Positions 48,639-61,583 of a stretch of 64,000 nt of DNA are shown here, one piece after another; the stretch's first letter is position 1; every line of letters starts with the position of its first letter. The stretch is from Heterodontus francisci (lineage: Eukaryota). The stretch is taken from NCBI RefSeq assembly GCF_036365525.1, contig NC_090376.1, positions 38,187,075 to 38,251,074 of the forward strand, given 5' to 3'. The notes beneath the pieces were generated by a model that had not been told where the DNA came from, searched no databases, and saw only the letters and a program-made list of their open reading frames with translations. Both the position numbers and the translations under genes were made by a program.

Positions 48639-49400
48639 GCCTTTGACCTCTGCCATAAACTGTCAACTCTTGTTCTTGACTCCTTCCCTCACTATCTCAG
48701 GCTGAAGATAACGTTTACAGCCTCAGTGTTCTGTTTGACCTTGAGCTGAGCTTCCACACTATATCCTCTCCATTACAAAAACTGCCAACTTCCAACTCAC
48801 CTGTCTTTGTCCCTACCTCAGCCCATCTGCTGCTGAAACTCACATAAATGCCTTTGTCAACTCCAGGCACGATCACACCAATATTTTCCTGCTCATCTTC
48901 CTATACTCCTGTAAACTCGTGGTGATTTCAAATTCTGTTTCTATATCCTATCCTGCAGCAAATCCTGCTTGTCCATCACTTTATCCTTGCTGATCGACAT
49001 TTGCTCAGTCCCTCAAAGCCTCAAATTTGGGATTCTCATCCTTTTGTTTTAATCCCACCATCTCTATCTTTGTAGCCTCTTCTAGCACTTTGCCATCTCT
49101 TCCCCCCCCAAACAATTCTTTGCTATAACCATTCTATGATTCCCCTGACTCCAGCTTGTTCTGCACTCCCCCTCTCCACACCTCAACATTGGTGGGAGTC
49201 ACTTCAGCTACATGCAATGAAATTCCCTCCCTAAACCTCTCAGCCTCTCCTCCTTTAACATAAACCGGCCTCTTTCAACAAGATTTTGGTCACCTCTGCA
49301 AATACCTTTCTTTGGCTTTGTGTCCATATTTTTCTTTACATTTCTGTGAAGCTCCTGGAAATGCTATTCTATTTTAAAGGCCTTATATAAATGCAATTTT
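48639..49400 (+). mobile_element. Degenerate L2-type LINE fragment
   Basis: tttgaccttgagctgagcttcc...gctgctgaaactcacataaatgcctttgtc (AAETHINAFV) and the L2 tail. Confidence 0.7.
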
Positions 49401-49409
49401 TTATTGATA

Positions 49410-51860
49410 ACACAAGAACACAAGAAATAGGAGCAGCAGTAGACCATTTGGCCCATCGAGCCTGCTCCGCCATTCAGTACAATCATAGCTGATCTTGGGC
49501 TTCAATTCCACTTTCCGGCCTGCACCCCATATCCCTTGATTCCCTGTGAGAACAAAAATCTATCTATCCCAGCCTTAAATGTATTCAACAATGGAGCATC
49601 CACAACCCTCTGGGGTAGAGAATTCCAAAGATTCACAACCCTTTGAGTGAAGTAATTTCTCCTCATCACAGTCCTGAATGATTGACCCCTTATCCTGAGA
49701 CTGTGTCCCTGTGTTCTCGATTCCCTGACCAGTGGGAACAATCTCTCAGCTTCTACCCTGTCAAGCCCTTTCAGAATCTTGTATGTCTCAATTAGATCAC
49801 CTCTCATTCTTCTAAATTCCAGAGAGTATAGGCCCAATTTACTCAGCCTCTCATCAAAGGACAACCCCCTCATCCCAAGGATCAATTTAGTAAATCTTCG
49901 ATGCATTGTCTCCAATGCAGGTATATCCTTTCTGAACACAGTATTCCAGGTGCGGTCTCACCAAAGCCCTGTACAATTTTAGTAAGACTTCTTTATTCCT
50001 GTACTCCAATCCCCTTGCAATAAAAGCCAACATGCCATTTGCCTTCCCAATAGCCTGCTGCACCTGCATGTTAACTTTGTGCATTCCTTATATGAGTACC
50101 CCCAAGACTCTCTGAACACCAGTACTTACCAGTTTCACACCTTTTAAAAAATATTCTGCTTTTCTATTTTTACAGCCAAAGTGAACAACCTCACACTTCC
50201 CTACATTATATTCCATTTGCCATCTTGTTGCCCACTCGCTTAACCTGTCTATATCTCTTTGCAGCCTCTCTACATCCTCCCCGCAGCTTACCTTTCCACC
50301 AAGCTTTGTATCATCAGCATACTTAGATGTGTTACTCTCTGTCTGTTCATCCAAGACATCAATATAGAGCGTAAATAGCTGAGGCCCCAGCACTGATCCT
50401 TGCGGCACCCCACTATTCACTGCCTGCCAACTTGAAAATGCCCCATTTGTACTCACTCTCTGCTTCCTGTCTGTTAACCAATCCTCTATCCGCGCGAATA
50501 TATTACTCCCAACACCATGAGCTCTTATCTTGCCTATTAATCTTTTATGTGGCACCTTATCAAATGCCTTTTGAAAATCCAGGTATACTACATCTACTGG
50601 TTCCCCTTTATCTACCCTACTCGTTACATCCTCAAAAAACTCTAATAAATTTGTCAAACAAGATCTCCCTTTAGTAAAACCATGCTGACTTGTTCTAATC
50701 ATACTATGATTTTCCAAGTGCAATGTTAAGACTTCCTTAATAATAATTTGCAGCATTTTCCCAACGACTGATGTTAGGCTAACTGGCCTGTAGTTCGCTG
50801 TTTTCTCTTTACCTCCTTTCTTGAAAAGCGGCATACTATTTGCCAACTGCCAATCTGACGGGACCATTCCCGAATCAAAGGAATTCTAGAAAATCATAGC
50901 CAGCACAGCCACTATCTCTGCAGCTATCTCTTTTAGAACCCTAGGATGTAGGCCATTTGGTCCTGGGGACTTGTCAGATTTTAGTCCCTGAAGTTTCTCC
51001 AATACTTTTTCTCAGCTGATATCAATGTCCTTAATTTCCTTGCTCTTTTTGGCTCCTAGGTTACTGCCTATTTCTGGTATGGAACTTGTGTCTTCAGCTG
51101 TGAAGACAGACACAAAATATTTGTTCAATGCCTCTGCAATTTCCTAATTCCCATGATTATTTCTCCTGTCTCTGCCTCTAAGGGACCAATGTCTGCTTTA
51201 GCTACTCTATTCCTTTTTATGTACTTATAAAAGCTCTCACAATCTGTTCTTATACTGCTGGCTAGTTTACTTCTCATATTCTATTTTTTCCCTATTTATC
51301 AACTTTTTTGGTGGCCCTTTGCTGGTTTCTGAAACACTTCCAATCCTCAGACTTGCTACTATTTTTTGCAACATTGTAAGCCTCTTCTTTTAGTCTAATA
51401 ACTTCCTGAGTGAGCCACAGATGGGTCTTTCTGGACAAGTTTTTGTTTTGGAACAGAATGTACTTTTGTTGAGCCCTTTGAATTGTTTCTTTAAACGTTT
51501 CCCACTGTTCATTTACCGCCATACCTTCCAGTCTATTTACCCAATTAACCTTAGGCAGTTCTCCCCTCATACCTTCGTAATTGGCTTTGTTTAAGTTTAA
51601 GATTCTTGTTTGTGATTGAAAAGTATCACTTTCAAACTTAACATGAAATTCAGTGGTGTAATGATCACTATTTCCAAGTGGATCTTTTACTATGACATTG
51701 CTTATTAACCCTGCTTCATGACACAATACAAGATCTAAGATAGCTTTATCTCTAGTCGGTTCTACAATGTATAGCTCCAAGAAACTGTCACAAAAGCATT
51801 CTACAAATTTATCTTTAGACCATTGTTGCCAATTTGATTGTCCCAGTCTATATGCAGAGT
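49410..51860 (-). mobile_element. CR1 LINE (part of the endonuclease to 3' UTR), disrupted
   Basis: ORFs 51292-51894, 50088-50867, 49887-50084 and 49502-49939 with SDH, NYRPVSLTS, GVPQGS, KYADD. Confidence 0.93.
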
Positions 51861-52808
51861 CATATGGAGTCAGACTCTTATTATAACAAACCATTTATAC
51901 TTTAGCACCATACTACTTCCACAGCATTGACAGGACAACTCTCGGCCTAATGTCAAAAAATAAAGTTGCCAGCTGTGCAATGAGGCCCAGCTGCATAATT
52001 ATTTTTCATTTCTTTGCCATGAAGAGTTAGTTTTTGCAGTGTTCAGACAGAGTCTTCAGCTGTAAACCACCATTACGTCTGTCTCACCTGCGTAATCTCA
52101 TTTAAAAAGGCATTCTGACAATGGGAGATGTGAGAAGCAAAAACTGACACTGGCACTATTTCCCTTTTATTGAACTTATATTTATAAATTATATATAATT
52201 TATGTAAACGAATGGTAGGGGTTTAGGAAAAGGCTGCAATTTAACTTGCTTTTAGATGAGATCCACAAACCACTAACATTTCACTCTTATGGTTTGTGAT
52301 ATAGATGATCCCTCTGATGAAATTGAAGCCATATTATTCAGTCCCAACTTTCAGAACTCAGTATATCTTGTTAAGGTGCCTGCCAAATAAACTGAAAGGA
52401 ATATCTCGTGTGAGAATGCAGAGCTCGGTGAAATTACACTGTAATTTTTTCTCGGCCACTAGGGGGACTGCAGACCAAAGATGCTCTTCTATATTCCATT
52501 CATATCATTCAGTTTGTTATCAGATTAGATATGAAACAAACCCAAACTATTTGTACAATACACAGCTGGAAGAAATAAAAGGTTCTGCTGCCAATGCTTA
52601 AAGATTGATTTAACCAAAAAAAATCATGTTTTCTATCATTGCAGTTTACAGTATTAATGCCAGAACATTAGAATTATAACCAGAGATTCACATGTCTAAA
52701 CACCAGCTGAAGGACTTATTCACATAGTGGTATTGATGGGTTTTAAAATAACTTAACTATTCCAAATTCTCGAACACACTTGACGGAAGCAGTTGATCAG
52801 ATTCCCAA

Positions 52809-53554
52809 GGTGGAATCTTCCCAGCCCCTTGGAGGTGGCTTTGGAGGCGGAGTGGCCAGGAAGGAACCATGAAACCCTGTCAGGACAGCTCCCCGATGCC
52901 GTTCCACCTCTGGGAAAGTTTCCCAGAGGTCGGCTGCCACAGGAATCAGCAGCGAGCAGCCAATCGATCCAATTAAGGTCCCAATTAAGGGAAATTATCC
53001 TTCACCGACTGAACTTTCCTGGTGTTGGACGGGCACCCTGCTGAGTCCGGAGCCCATAAACTGCATGGAAGCGGCCTCCTGGCAGCAGGTTGGAGTTCCA
53101 TCAGAGCCTCTTCTCAACACCCCAATGACGGAGCCGCAAGACTGACACAGGCACATCTGCGGCCGCAATCATTCCTGTGGAGTGGTTCCCACATGATGGC
53201 TGCGAAACACTTACAAGAACAGGTCCGGAGTGGTTCCCACTCCACACTGATGATTTTAATATCTCCGGACCTGTTTTTGTAAGTGTTTCACAGCCATCAG
53301 AGAGCACATCCATTTTGAGGCATCCTCATGCTCACCTACCTGCCTCAGCAGTGCCCATTTCTCTCAGTGTGGTTGCTGTCCGTCCAATGCTGTGGGCCCT
53401 CTCACTGGGTATCCTGCATCGCAGTCCCGCCCGACACCCTTAATTGGAAGGCACCTGTTAATTGACCAGCTACCGTAAGATTGCGACATGGTGCGGATGG
53501 CAGGTACCAGCGGGCTTGGAACCCTCAATTATTTTCTATGTCAGGAAGATTCTG
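52809..53554. mobile_element. Non-autonomous Harbinger-like element
   Basis: Ends ggtggaatcttcc and ggaagattctgtc; GC-rich; subterminal taattg motifs as in the other Harbingers. Confidence 0.55.
53194..53299. repeat. 37-bp inverted repeat with a 32-nt loop
   Basis: Arms 53194-53230 and 53263-53299, two mismatches. Confidence 0.92.
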
Positions 53555-53667
53555 TCAATGTCAGCACCATGAAATAGGTTCATATCCAATACCTTCCAAT
53601 TTCAAAATGCTTCCAGATGAAGGGGCATTGATGGGTCCAGCCTTTAGCTTCTCCTTTTTGTCCTCTT

Positions 53668-54075
53668 AGGCTGGTACCAGGACTTGAATGGTTAAATAAT
53701 GAGGACAGGTTGCAAGAACTTAGTTTGCAGTTCCTTGAGTTTAGAAGGTTGAAACGTGACATAATGAACTCTTCAAAGTGATAAAGGGATTTGATAGTGT
53801 AGATGCAGAGAACCTATTTCCTTTGGTGGGGGCAGAATCTTATAATTTGAATGAAATCATGGAGCACTTTTTCAAACCTCTCTGCCCAAAAGATTATGGA
53901 CGCTGGGTCAATTGAAAATTTCAATACTGGGATTGATAGATTTTTGTTAGGTAAGAGTATCATTGGATTTGGGGCAAAGGTGGGTAAATGGAGTTGAAGC
54001 ACAGCCATCAGCCTTGATCTAATTGAATGGTGGAACAGGCTTGAGGGACTGAATCACCTACTTCTGTTTCTATGA
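53668..54075 (+). mobile_element. CR1 3' end, degenerate
   Basis: RLVPGLEWLNNEDRLQEL... and 3' UTR. Confidence 0.8.
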
Positions 54076-54084
54076 AGCTGTCAA

Positions 54085-54392
54085 AAAAAAAGACTTGCAT
54101 TTATGTAGCGACTTTCATTACCACTGGATGTCTCAAAGCGCTTTACGGCCAATGAAGTACTTTTGAAGTGTATTTACTGTTGTAATGTAGGAAGCCAACT
54201 TAGACACAGCAAGCTCCCACAAATAGTAATATGATCATGACCAGATAATCTGTTTTTTTTTTAATGGCGTTGATTGAGAGATAAATATTGGCCAGGACAC
54301 CAGGGATAACTCCTCTACTCTTCTTTTAAATAGGGGCATGGGATCTTTTACATCAAACTGAGGCCCCATCTGTCTTCTCAGGTGGATGTTTC
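54085..54392 (-). mobile_element. Deu-type SINE 3' half
   Basis: gacttgcatttatgtagcg...gaagtacttttgaagtg...ttggccaggacaccaggg...catgggatcttttacatc is the inverse of the 28830-29070 type. Confidence 0.7.
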
Positions 54393-54529
54393 ATCTGTCA
54401 GGCTGCTGGTACTGCAATAGCTGAGGGCCAAGCAAACTGGTTAAAAGCGAAGAGAAATTATTGAGGTTCATCAGTTTGTCTCCTTGGTGGCGTTCTCTGC
54501 ATTTCTTTCAGTCTGGCTTCTTGTACAGT

Positions 54530-54760
54530 TGATGACTGCACCTTCAAGTATCTAAGTCTTAAGCTCTAGAATTCCCTCCCTAAATCTCAACACCTCTTAC
54601 CACTCTGCCCTCCTTTAAGTTACTCAAAACCTACCCCTGTGACCAAACTGTCCTAATCGCTTTGTGACTCAGTGTCAATTCTTGTCTGATGCTCTTGTGA
54701 AACGCTGTGGGACATTTTACTATGTTGAAGGTGCACTATAAATGCAATTCTTGTTGTTGG
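54530..54760 (+). mobile_element. L2-type tail
   Basis: aagctctagaattccctccctaaa...gtgaaacgctgtgggacattttactatg...ataaatgcaa. Confidence 0.7.
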
Positions 54761-55481
54761 TTCAGCAAAGATGTGTTTTGCAACAGTGTGTGGTATGATT
54801 GTTGCTTGTAAAATGTATTAGTTTTGCTGGCAGCAAGATATATTGATTGACAGCTATTTTATGTACCTGAGGTGATAATTAACTATAAAAATATTTTAAT
54901 TTCAGTAACATTATAAAATACGTCATCGTCTTTTTCAACTTTCCTTCTTATTTTTGCCCAATTTTTAATTTAATTTAAACTTTAATTCATTAGCTAATTA
55001 CAGAGGTAGACAGAAAGGTCTCTGATGGTTAAATAAAATCTGAAGAAACTGACCTTATTGGACCTTATTGCAGGTCACTGGTGCTTAATATAATCCAGTC
55101 CTGAAATAGATCAGGAGAATTGGAGTCATAGAGTCATTACAAAACAGAAGGAGGCCATTTGGCCCATTGCATTTTAATAAATGATTTATCTTGTGCACAG
55201 CTTAAGTTGTTGCAGTTAATTTGTGTAGCTGGTTAATTTTCTAGAAAGGGGTGTTAGGCTGGGTTTCTTCAGATGAAAGTGGCTTGAATGGTAGCTTCCA
55301 AATGGCCGACTAATCTTAAATGCTTGATTCTAATACATTTTATTTTATAGCTTATATTCCATGTATAAGTTATAGAGGTGATGTTTACAAAGATCTTGAT
55401 ATAAATCCTCTGCATATTTCCCAGTGCTGCCTGGATTGGATTTGGGTGTTTTCTCAATTTTAATGCACATGGCGGCAACAC

Positions 55482-57073
55482 TGGAGGAGAATTTTCCCAG
55501 GCAAGGGGAGGCAGGTATGTGTACATGCATGGAGTTAAATCCTTTAAAAGTAACATTGGGTTGGGATAACAATATTGTCCCGTCCTCTTCCTGGCTTCTC
55601 TGGGGTTGAAGACGAGTGGGGAACCCCATTGGATCTATCTTAAAAATTCAATGACGTACTATTTCAACTCTCAGTTCTGGATTTTCCAGTCAGGACACCT
55701 GTTTGCTGACCTGTCAGCAACTCCCAAGGGTCACTGAGTGCCCATTGGGAAGGGCTTCTTCAGTGAAACAGATAAACTGGAAAGGCTCTGATCAGTGAAA
55801 CTGAAGAGCTCCATCCTTGGCCAGGTGAGAAGCTGGTGTTCAAAGCACTTCTTTTCTGAGAGAGTGCTATCCCTGCTGGACAGGTGACTGCCAACCTCTA
55901 GGAAGGCACTTTACCTGTTTAGCACTTCACTGACCTTCAGCTGCACTTCCCTGCTGCCAGCCTTCATCATGACATGGGAGCAGCATGTGCAGCTCCACCT
56001 TGCACCTCTGATGAGGGACAAGAGGAGAAGCAACATCAACAATACCAGCAGCAGCGCCAGCTACCTTCTCCTCAACTGCATGTTGCTGCTTAGGGCAGAG
56101 GGGATGGACACCAAGATCCAGCTGGAAGGAGGCAAGACCCCTAACATAGGGTCTATAGGCAGTGGATAAGCTCTCTGAACAGTGTCTCAAGGACTGCTGA
56201 CATTTTCAGCCTCCTGGAACAAGATCTCCTTCGCAGTGGAGCAAGTAGGCACGCATTGCCAGTGGCCAATAAGGTGCCACCGCACCCAGGTCTCTGTCTG
56301 TTGCCAAATTGTGTGCTCTCTTCTCCTGCGAAGAAAGAAGGCAGAGCGGTGTGAGTGTTCATAATGGCTTGTATGGAGAGGAGGGAAGAATAACATTTTG
56401 GAGGGTGATTGTGAAGCATGGATGTGAGAGGGCAATAGGATGAGGATGAATGCTGACTTGTCGGATGGGGATGTGAGGTGCCTGCAGAGAGAGGAATGAG
56501 TGCAGCTGCAGCGTGTGTTGTCCTGAGGAGTGCTATGCAGGAGAACTTTGGTAAAGTCAGAATGTGGGGCATGGCACCTGAAAATGTTGTGCCACTCACC
56601 TGTCATGCCCTCTTGGGTTCCTGGATCCTCTTGGTGCACTGTTTCCAGGCTGGAGGGACCACACATCTTCTACTGACTTCTACAGCCACTTCTACAACCA
56701 CAGCCAGCTTAGTTGGAGATGTTCTCCTCTTGCTCTCATCTTGGGAAAGATCCCACAGCAGGGCTCCAGGTAAGAGTGAAAGTCTCGGGGAGCAGTCTTC
56801 CCAGATCTCCTTTCCATTCTTGTGATTGCTGCAGACTCAAAAATGCAATTGCTGCTGAGCCATTGTAACCCATGCCATGGTCCCTTTAATTCGAAATCCT
56901 TCCTTTGACAGAATTGACGTGTCACCACCCTGATTGGTTGGGGAACTCAGAGGCAGGATTCTAATGCCATGGCACAGTTAAAGAACCTCGCAAAGCCTGC
57001 TTTTTTACCATTTAGGTTCCGACTTGCAAATAGTCCCGCTGTTCAGGCAGGGACTAAATCTGGAAAATTCCAC
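55482..57073 (-). mobile_element. Harbinger deletion derivative with Myb/SANT remnant
   Basis: TIR-like ends ggaggagaattttcc and ggaaaattccacc. - strand MERRSGKTAPRDF... and WKQCTKRI followed by a GTGAG donor, as in the other copies. Confidence 0.6.
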
Positions 57074-57184
57074 CGTTTTTTTGCCATAAAGTGGCCAACT
57101 GCCTGTTTTTCTCTGTAATTCACAACCCAATAACAAATGTATGCAAAAGCACATCTTTGAAACATGGATAAATGTCATCTTCAC

Positions 57185-57283
57185 AGTTGTAGAACACACC
57201 TCATTCTCATCCCACTGAAATCAACGGGATGATGGTCAGGCAGGTTCTACAGCAGAGAGGTGAGGGGATCAGAATTACTGCCC
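57185..57283. repeat. Short imperfect palindrome (MITE remnant)
   Basis: gttgtagaac...catccc versus gggatg...gttctacagc. Confidence 0.5.
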
Positions 57284-57604
57284 AGACAGTGAAGGGGCAT
57301 TCTCATGTTTTTTCGCTAAGGAGGAATTTCATTCTTTATGTTTCTTGTCAGTATTTCAATGTAAGTGGATTCAGCGTTTGTGATTTATAACAAGTTGTAC
57401 AATGAACATTAATCTGTGTCCAGGTCTTGTTAAGACAGTATGAGTGATATTGCACAGAAGTAGGCCATTTGACCAATCAGTATTTATCAAATTCCCTTTC
57501 GCAAGTTATTATTGAATTTGCTCCCACTACCCTTTCAGGCAGCGCATTCTAGATCATGAAAACTGGCTGTCACCCTGGTTCTTTTGCCAATTACTTTAGC
57601 TAGG

Positions 57605-58025
57605 TGACATTGTGGATTGGGCACTGACCTGTCACCTATGGGAACTGCGTTTCAATCCGGCCTAGAATAATGGACATGTTTGTTCCTACAAGGGGTCTGA
57701 GTTTTCACAGCTTTAATCCTTAACTCAGTTCTGAGAGGTCGCTGCAGAAAATTGTTTCTAATTTGATACTAAACTTGAAATCTCGCTTGAAGAGGCCACT
57801 AGCAAAGTATTGCTAGTATGAGAAATGGAAAAGTTCACTCTGGTGCAATAGTTGGTACCCTTCTGAATTTATGATTTGGGATCATTTTTGGGACAGAGAA
57901 AGAGTAACCTTTGAGGTTCTCAACCTAACACTGACATGGTGCAGCCAATATTCTGTTTCCAACTCAAGGTTATACATCTGTTTCAACACTAATATGCTTC
58001 ATGTTTACGGGCACAAAATTTCACC
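57605..58025 (+). mobile_element. LF-SINE-like ancient SINE relic
   Basis: Four collinear segments resemble the recalled LF-SINE consensus: cctgtcacctatgggaactgcgtttcaatccggcctag, aatttgatactaa, tctcgcttgaagaggcca, tttacgggcacaaaatttcac. Confidence 0.5.
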
Positions 58026-58214
58026 CAAAAAGTGTCATAGGTTCTAGTCTTGCTGTTTGTTTTCTTCCATTGATAACCGTACATGACCAATCCAGGAGAA
58101 TATCAAATTTAGCCATCATGAAATTGTACATCCAAACATTCTAGTTTTGCAAGAGTCTGGAAGAACAGCAGGAGCCCAACAAAATCTAAATCCTAATTCT
58201 AAATGTTTCAGGTT

Positions 58215-58607
58215 GCCAAGGCTTTGAAGAGGTTGTGGAGGAGATTTACTAGAATGATGCCAGGTATGCAAGACTTTTACGTGGAGATACTAGAGAAGCT
58301 GGGGCTGTTCTCCTTATAACAGAAAAGGTTAAGGGAAGATTTGATAGAGGTGTTCAGAATCATGAAGGGTTTGATAGAGTAAATAAGAAAAACTGTTTCC
58401 AGTGGCAGGAGGTTCAGTAAGCAGAAATTACAGATTCAAAGTAATTGGCAAAAGAACCAGGGTGACAGCCAGTTTTCATGATCTAGAATGCGCTGCCTGA
58501 AAGGGTAGTGGGAGCAAATTCAATAATAACTTGCGAAAGGGAATTTGATAAATACTGATTGGTCAAATGGCCTACTTCTGTGCAATATCACTTTATGATT
58601 CTATGAT
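58215..58607 (+). mobile_element. CR1 3' end
   Basis: RRFTRMMPG...LEKLGLFSL...DLIEVFRIMKG. Confidence 0.85.
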
Positions 58608-58691
58608 TTACAAAGCAAAGAGGAGGGCAGTACATGCTGTGGTTTTACAACATTTGAATCAGCAAGAAGAACTCAAAAGCTGCCCAATTAG

Positions 58692-59047
58692 TTTTTTTTC
58701 TAAAAATATAATTTATAAAATTTGTAAAAATACATTACATAACAGTTTGAATTTTATATTACACAAAGTGCAATAGAGACCAGTTTCTTTCAATACAGTA
58801 CATGAGGTGCCTCGCTACATTTGCCATTACACATTATATTTACAATGTACATTTACATTACATGTCAAACATTCTCTGGTGCATACAGCCCGATGGGTTT
58901 TATATGGGTTCCAGCCCATTGGTATACCATGCCAGGAGGGCCTTACATAGTGGCCTTTCCCCTTTGAGTTTTTGCAGTGGCTGCCCCAAGCTTTACGGCG
59001 TCCCTTAGCATGGAATCCAGGACCTTGGAATGTGCCAGTCCGCAACT
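58692..59047 (-). mobile_element. Tx1/L1-clade LINE 3' end
   Basis: - strand GLAHSKVLDSMLRDAVKLGAATAKTQRGKATM* then an AT-rich 3' UTR and poly(A); resembles recalled Tx1-type ORF2 C-termini. Confidence 0.65.
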
Positions 59048-59828
59048 TTTTTAAAAATTGATTCATGGGATGTGGGCGTCACTGGCCAGGCCAGCATTTA
59101 TTGCCCATCCCTAATTGCCCTTGAGAAGGTGGTGGTGAACTGCCTTCTTGAACCGCTGCAGTCCATGTGGGGTAGGTACACCCACAGTGCTGTTAGGAAG
59201 GGAGTTCCAGGATTTTGACCCAGCGACAGTGAAGGAACGGCGATATAGTTCCAAGTCAGGATGGTGTGTGACTTGGAGGGGAACTTGCAGGTGGTGGTGT
59301 TCCCTTGTATTTGCTGCCCTTGTCCTTCTAGTTGGTAGAGGTCATGGGTTTGGAAGGTGCTGTCTAAGAAGCCTTGGTGCATTGCTGCAGTGCATCTTGT
59401 AGATGGTACACACTGCTGCCACTGTGCGTCGGTGGTGGTGGGAGTGAATGTTTGTAGATGGGGTGCCAATCAAGCGGGCTGCTTTGTCCTGGATGGTGTC
59501 AAGCTTCTTGAGTGTTGTTGGAGCTGCACCCATCCAGGCAAGTGGAGAGTATTCCATCACACTCCTGACTTGTGCCTTGTAGATGGTGGACAGGCTTTGG
59601 GGAGTCAGGAGGTGAGTTACTCGCCGCAAGATTCTTAGCCTCTGACCTGCTCTTGTATGGCTACTCCAGTTCAGTTTCTGGTCAGTGGTAGCCTCTAGGA
59701 TGTGGATAGTGGGGGATTCAGCAATGGTAATGCCATTGAATGTCAAGGGGAGATGGTTAGATTCTCTCTTGTTGGAGATGGTCATTGCCTGGCACTTGTG
59801 GTGCACAAATGTTACTTGCCACTTATCA

Positions 59829-61583
59829 AAGAACAAAGAACAGTACAGCACAGGAACAGGCCATTCGGCCCTCCAAGCCTGCGCCGATCTTGATGCCTGC
59901 CTAAACTAACACCTTCTGCACTTCCGGGGCCCATATCCCTCTATTCCCTTCCTATTCATGTATTTGTCAAGATGTCTCTTAAACGTCGCTATCGTACCTG
60001 CTTCCACCACCTTCCCTGGCAGCAAGTTCCAGGCACTCACCACCCTCTGTGTAAAAAACTTGCCTCGCACATCCCCTCTAAACTTTGCCCCTCACACCTT
60101 AAACCTATGTCCCCTAGTAACTGACTCTTCCACCCTGGGAAAAAGCTTCTGACTATCCACTCTGTCCATGCCGCCCATAACTTTGTAAACCTCTATCATG
60201 TCGCCCCTCCACCTCCGTCGTTCCAGTGAAAACAATCCGAGTTTTTCCAACCTCTCCTCATAGCTAATGCCCTCCAGACCAGGCAACATCCTGGTAAACC
60301 TCCTCTGTACCCTCTCCAAAGCCTCCATGTCCTTCTGGTAGTGTGGCGACCAGAATTGCCGCAATATTCTAAATGTGGCCTAATTAAGATTCTGTACAGC
60401 TGCAATATGACTTGCCAATTTTTATACTCTATGCCCCGACCGATGAAGGCAAGCATGTCGTATGCCTTCTTGACTACCTTATCCACCTGCATTGCCACTT
60501 TCAGTGACCTGTGGACCTGTACGCCCAGATCTCTCTTCCTGTCAATACTCGTAAGGGTTCTGCCATTTACTGTATACCTCCCACCTACATTAGACCCTCC
60601 AAAATGCATTACCTCACATTTGTCCGGATTAAACTCCATCTGCCATTTCTCCGCCCAAGTCTCGAACCGATCTATATCCTGCTGTATCCTCTGACAATCC
60701 TCATCATTATCTGCAACTCCACCAACCTTTGTATCGTCCGCAAACTTACTAATCAGACCAGCTACATTTTCCTCCAAATCATTTATATTTATATAAACAG
60801 CAAAGGTCCCAGCACTGATCCCTGCGGAACACCACTAGTCACCTCCCTCCATTTAGAAAAACACCCATCCACTGATACCCTCTGTCTTCTATGACCGAGC
60901 CAGTTCTGTATCCATCTTGCCAGCTCACCTCTGATCCCGTGCGACTTCACCTTTTGTACCAGTCTGCCATGAGGTACCTTGTCAAAGGCTTTACTAAAGT
61001 CCATATAGATAACATCCACTGCCCTTCCTTCATCAATCATCTTCGTCACTTCCTCAAAAACCTCAATCAAATTAGTAAGACACGACCTCCCCTTCACAAA
61101 ACCATGCTGTCTCTCGCTAATAAGTTCGTTTGTTTCCAAATGGGAGTAAATCCTGTCCCGAATAATCCTCTCTAATAATTTCCCTACCACTGACGTAAGG
61201 CTCACCGGCCTAAAATTTCCTGGATTATCCTTGCCACCCTTCTTAAACAAAGGAACAACATTGGCTATTCTCCAGTCCTCTGGGACCTCACCTGCAGCCA
61301 ATGAGGATGCAAAGATTTCTGTCAAGGCCCCAGCAATTTCCTCCCTTGCCTCCCTCAGTATTCTAGGGTAGATCCCATCAGGCCCTGGGGACTTATCTAC
61401 CTTAATGCTTTGCAAGACACCCAACACCTCCTCCTTTTTGATAATGAGATGACTGAGACTATCTGCACTCCCTTCCCTGGGCTCATCATCCACCAAGTCC
61501 TTCTCTTTGATGAATACTGATGCAAAGTACTCATTTAGCACCTCGCCCATTTCCTCTGGCTCCACACATAGATTCCCTGGGGA
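59829..61583 (-). mobile_element. Young 5'-truncated CR1 inserted into the Zenon-like LINE
   Basis: TSD TATCA at 59824-59828 and 61584-61588; ORFs 60789-61565, 60196-60777 and 60092-60364. Confidence 0.95.
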
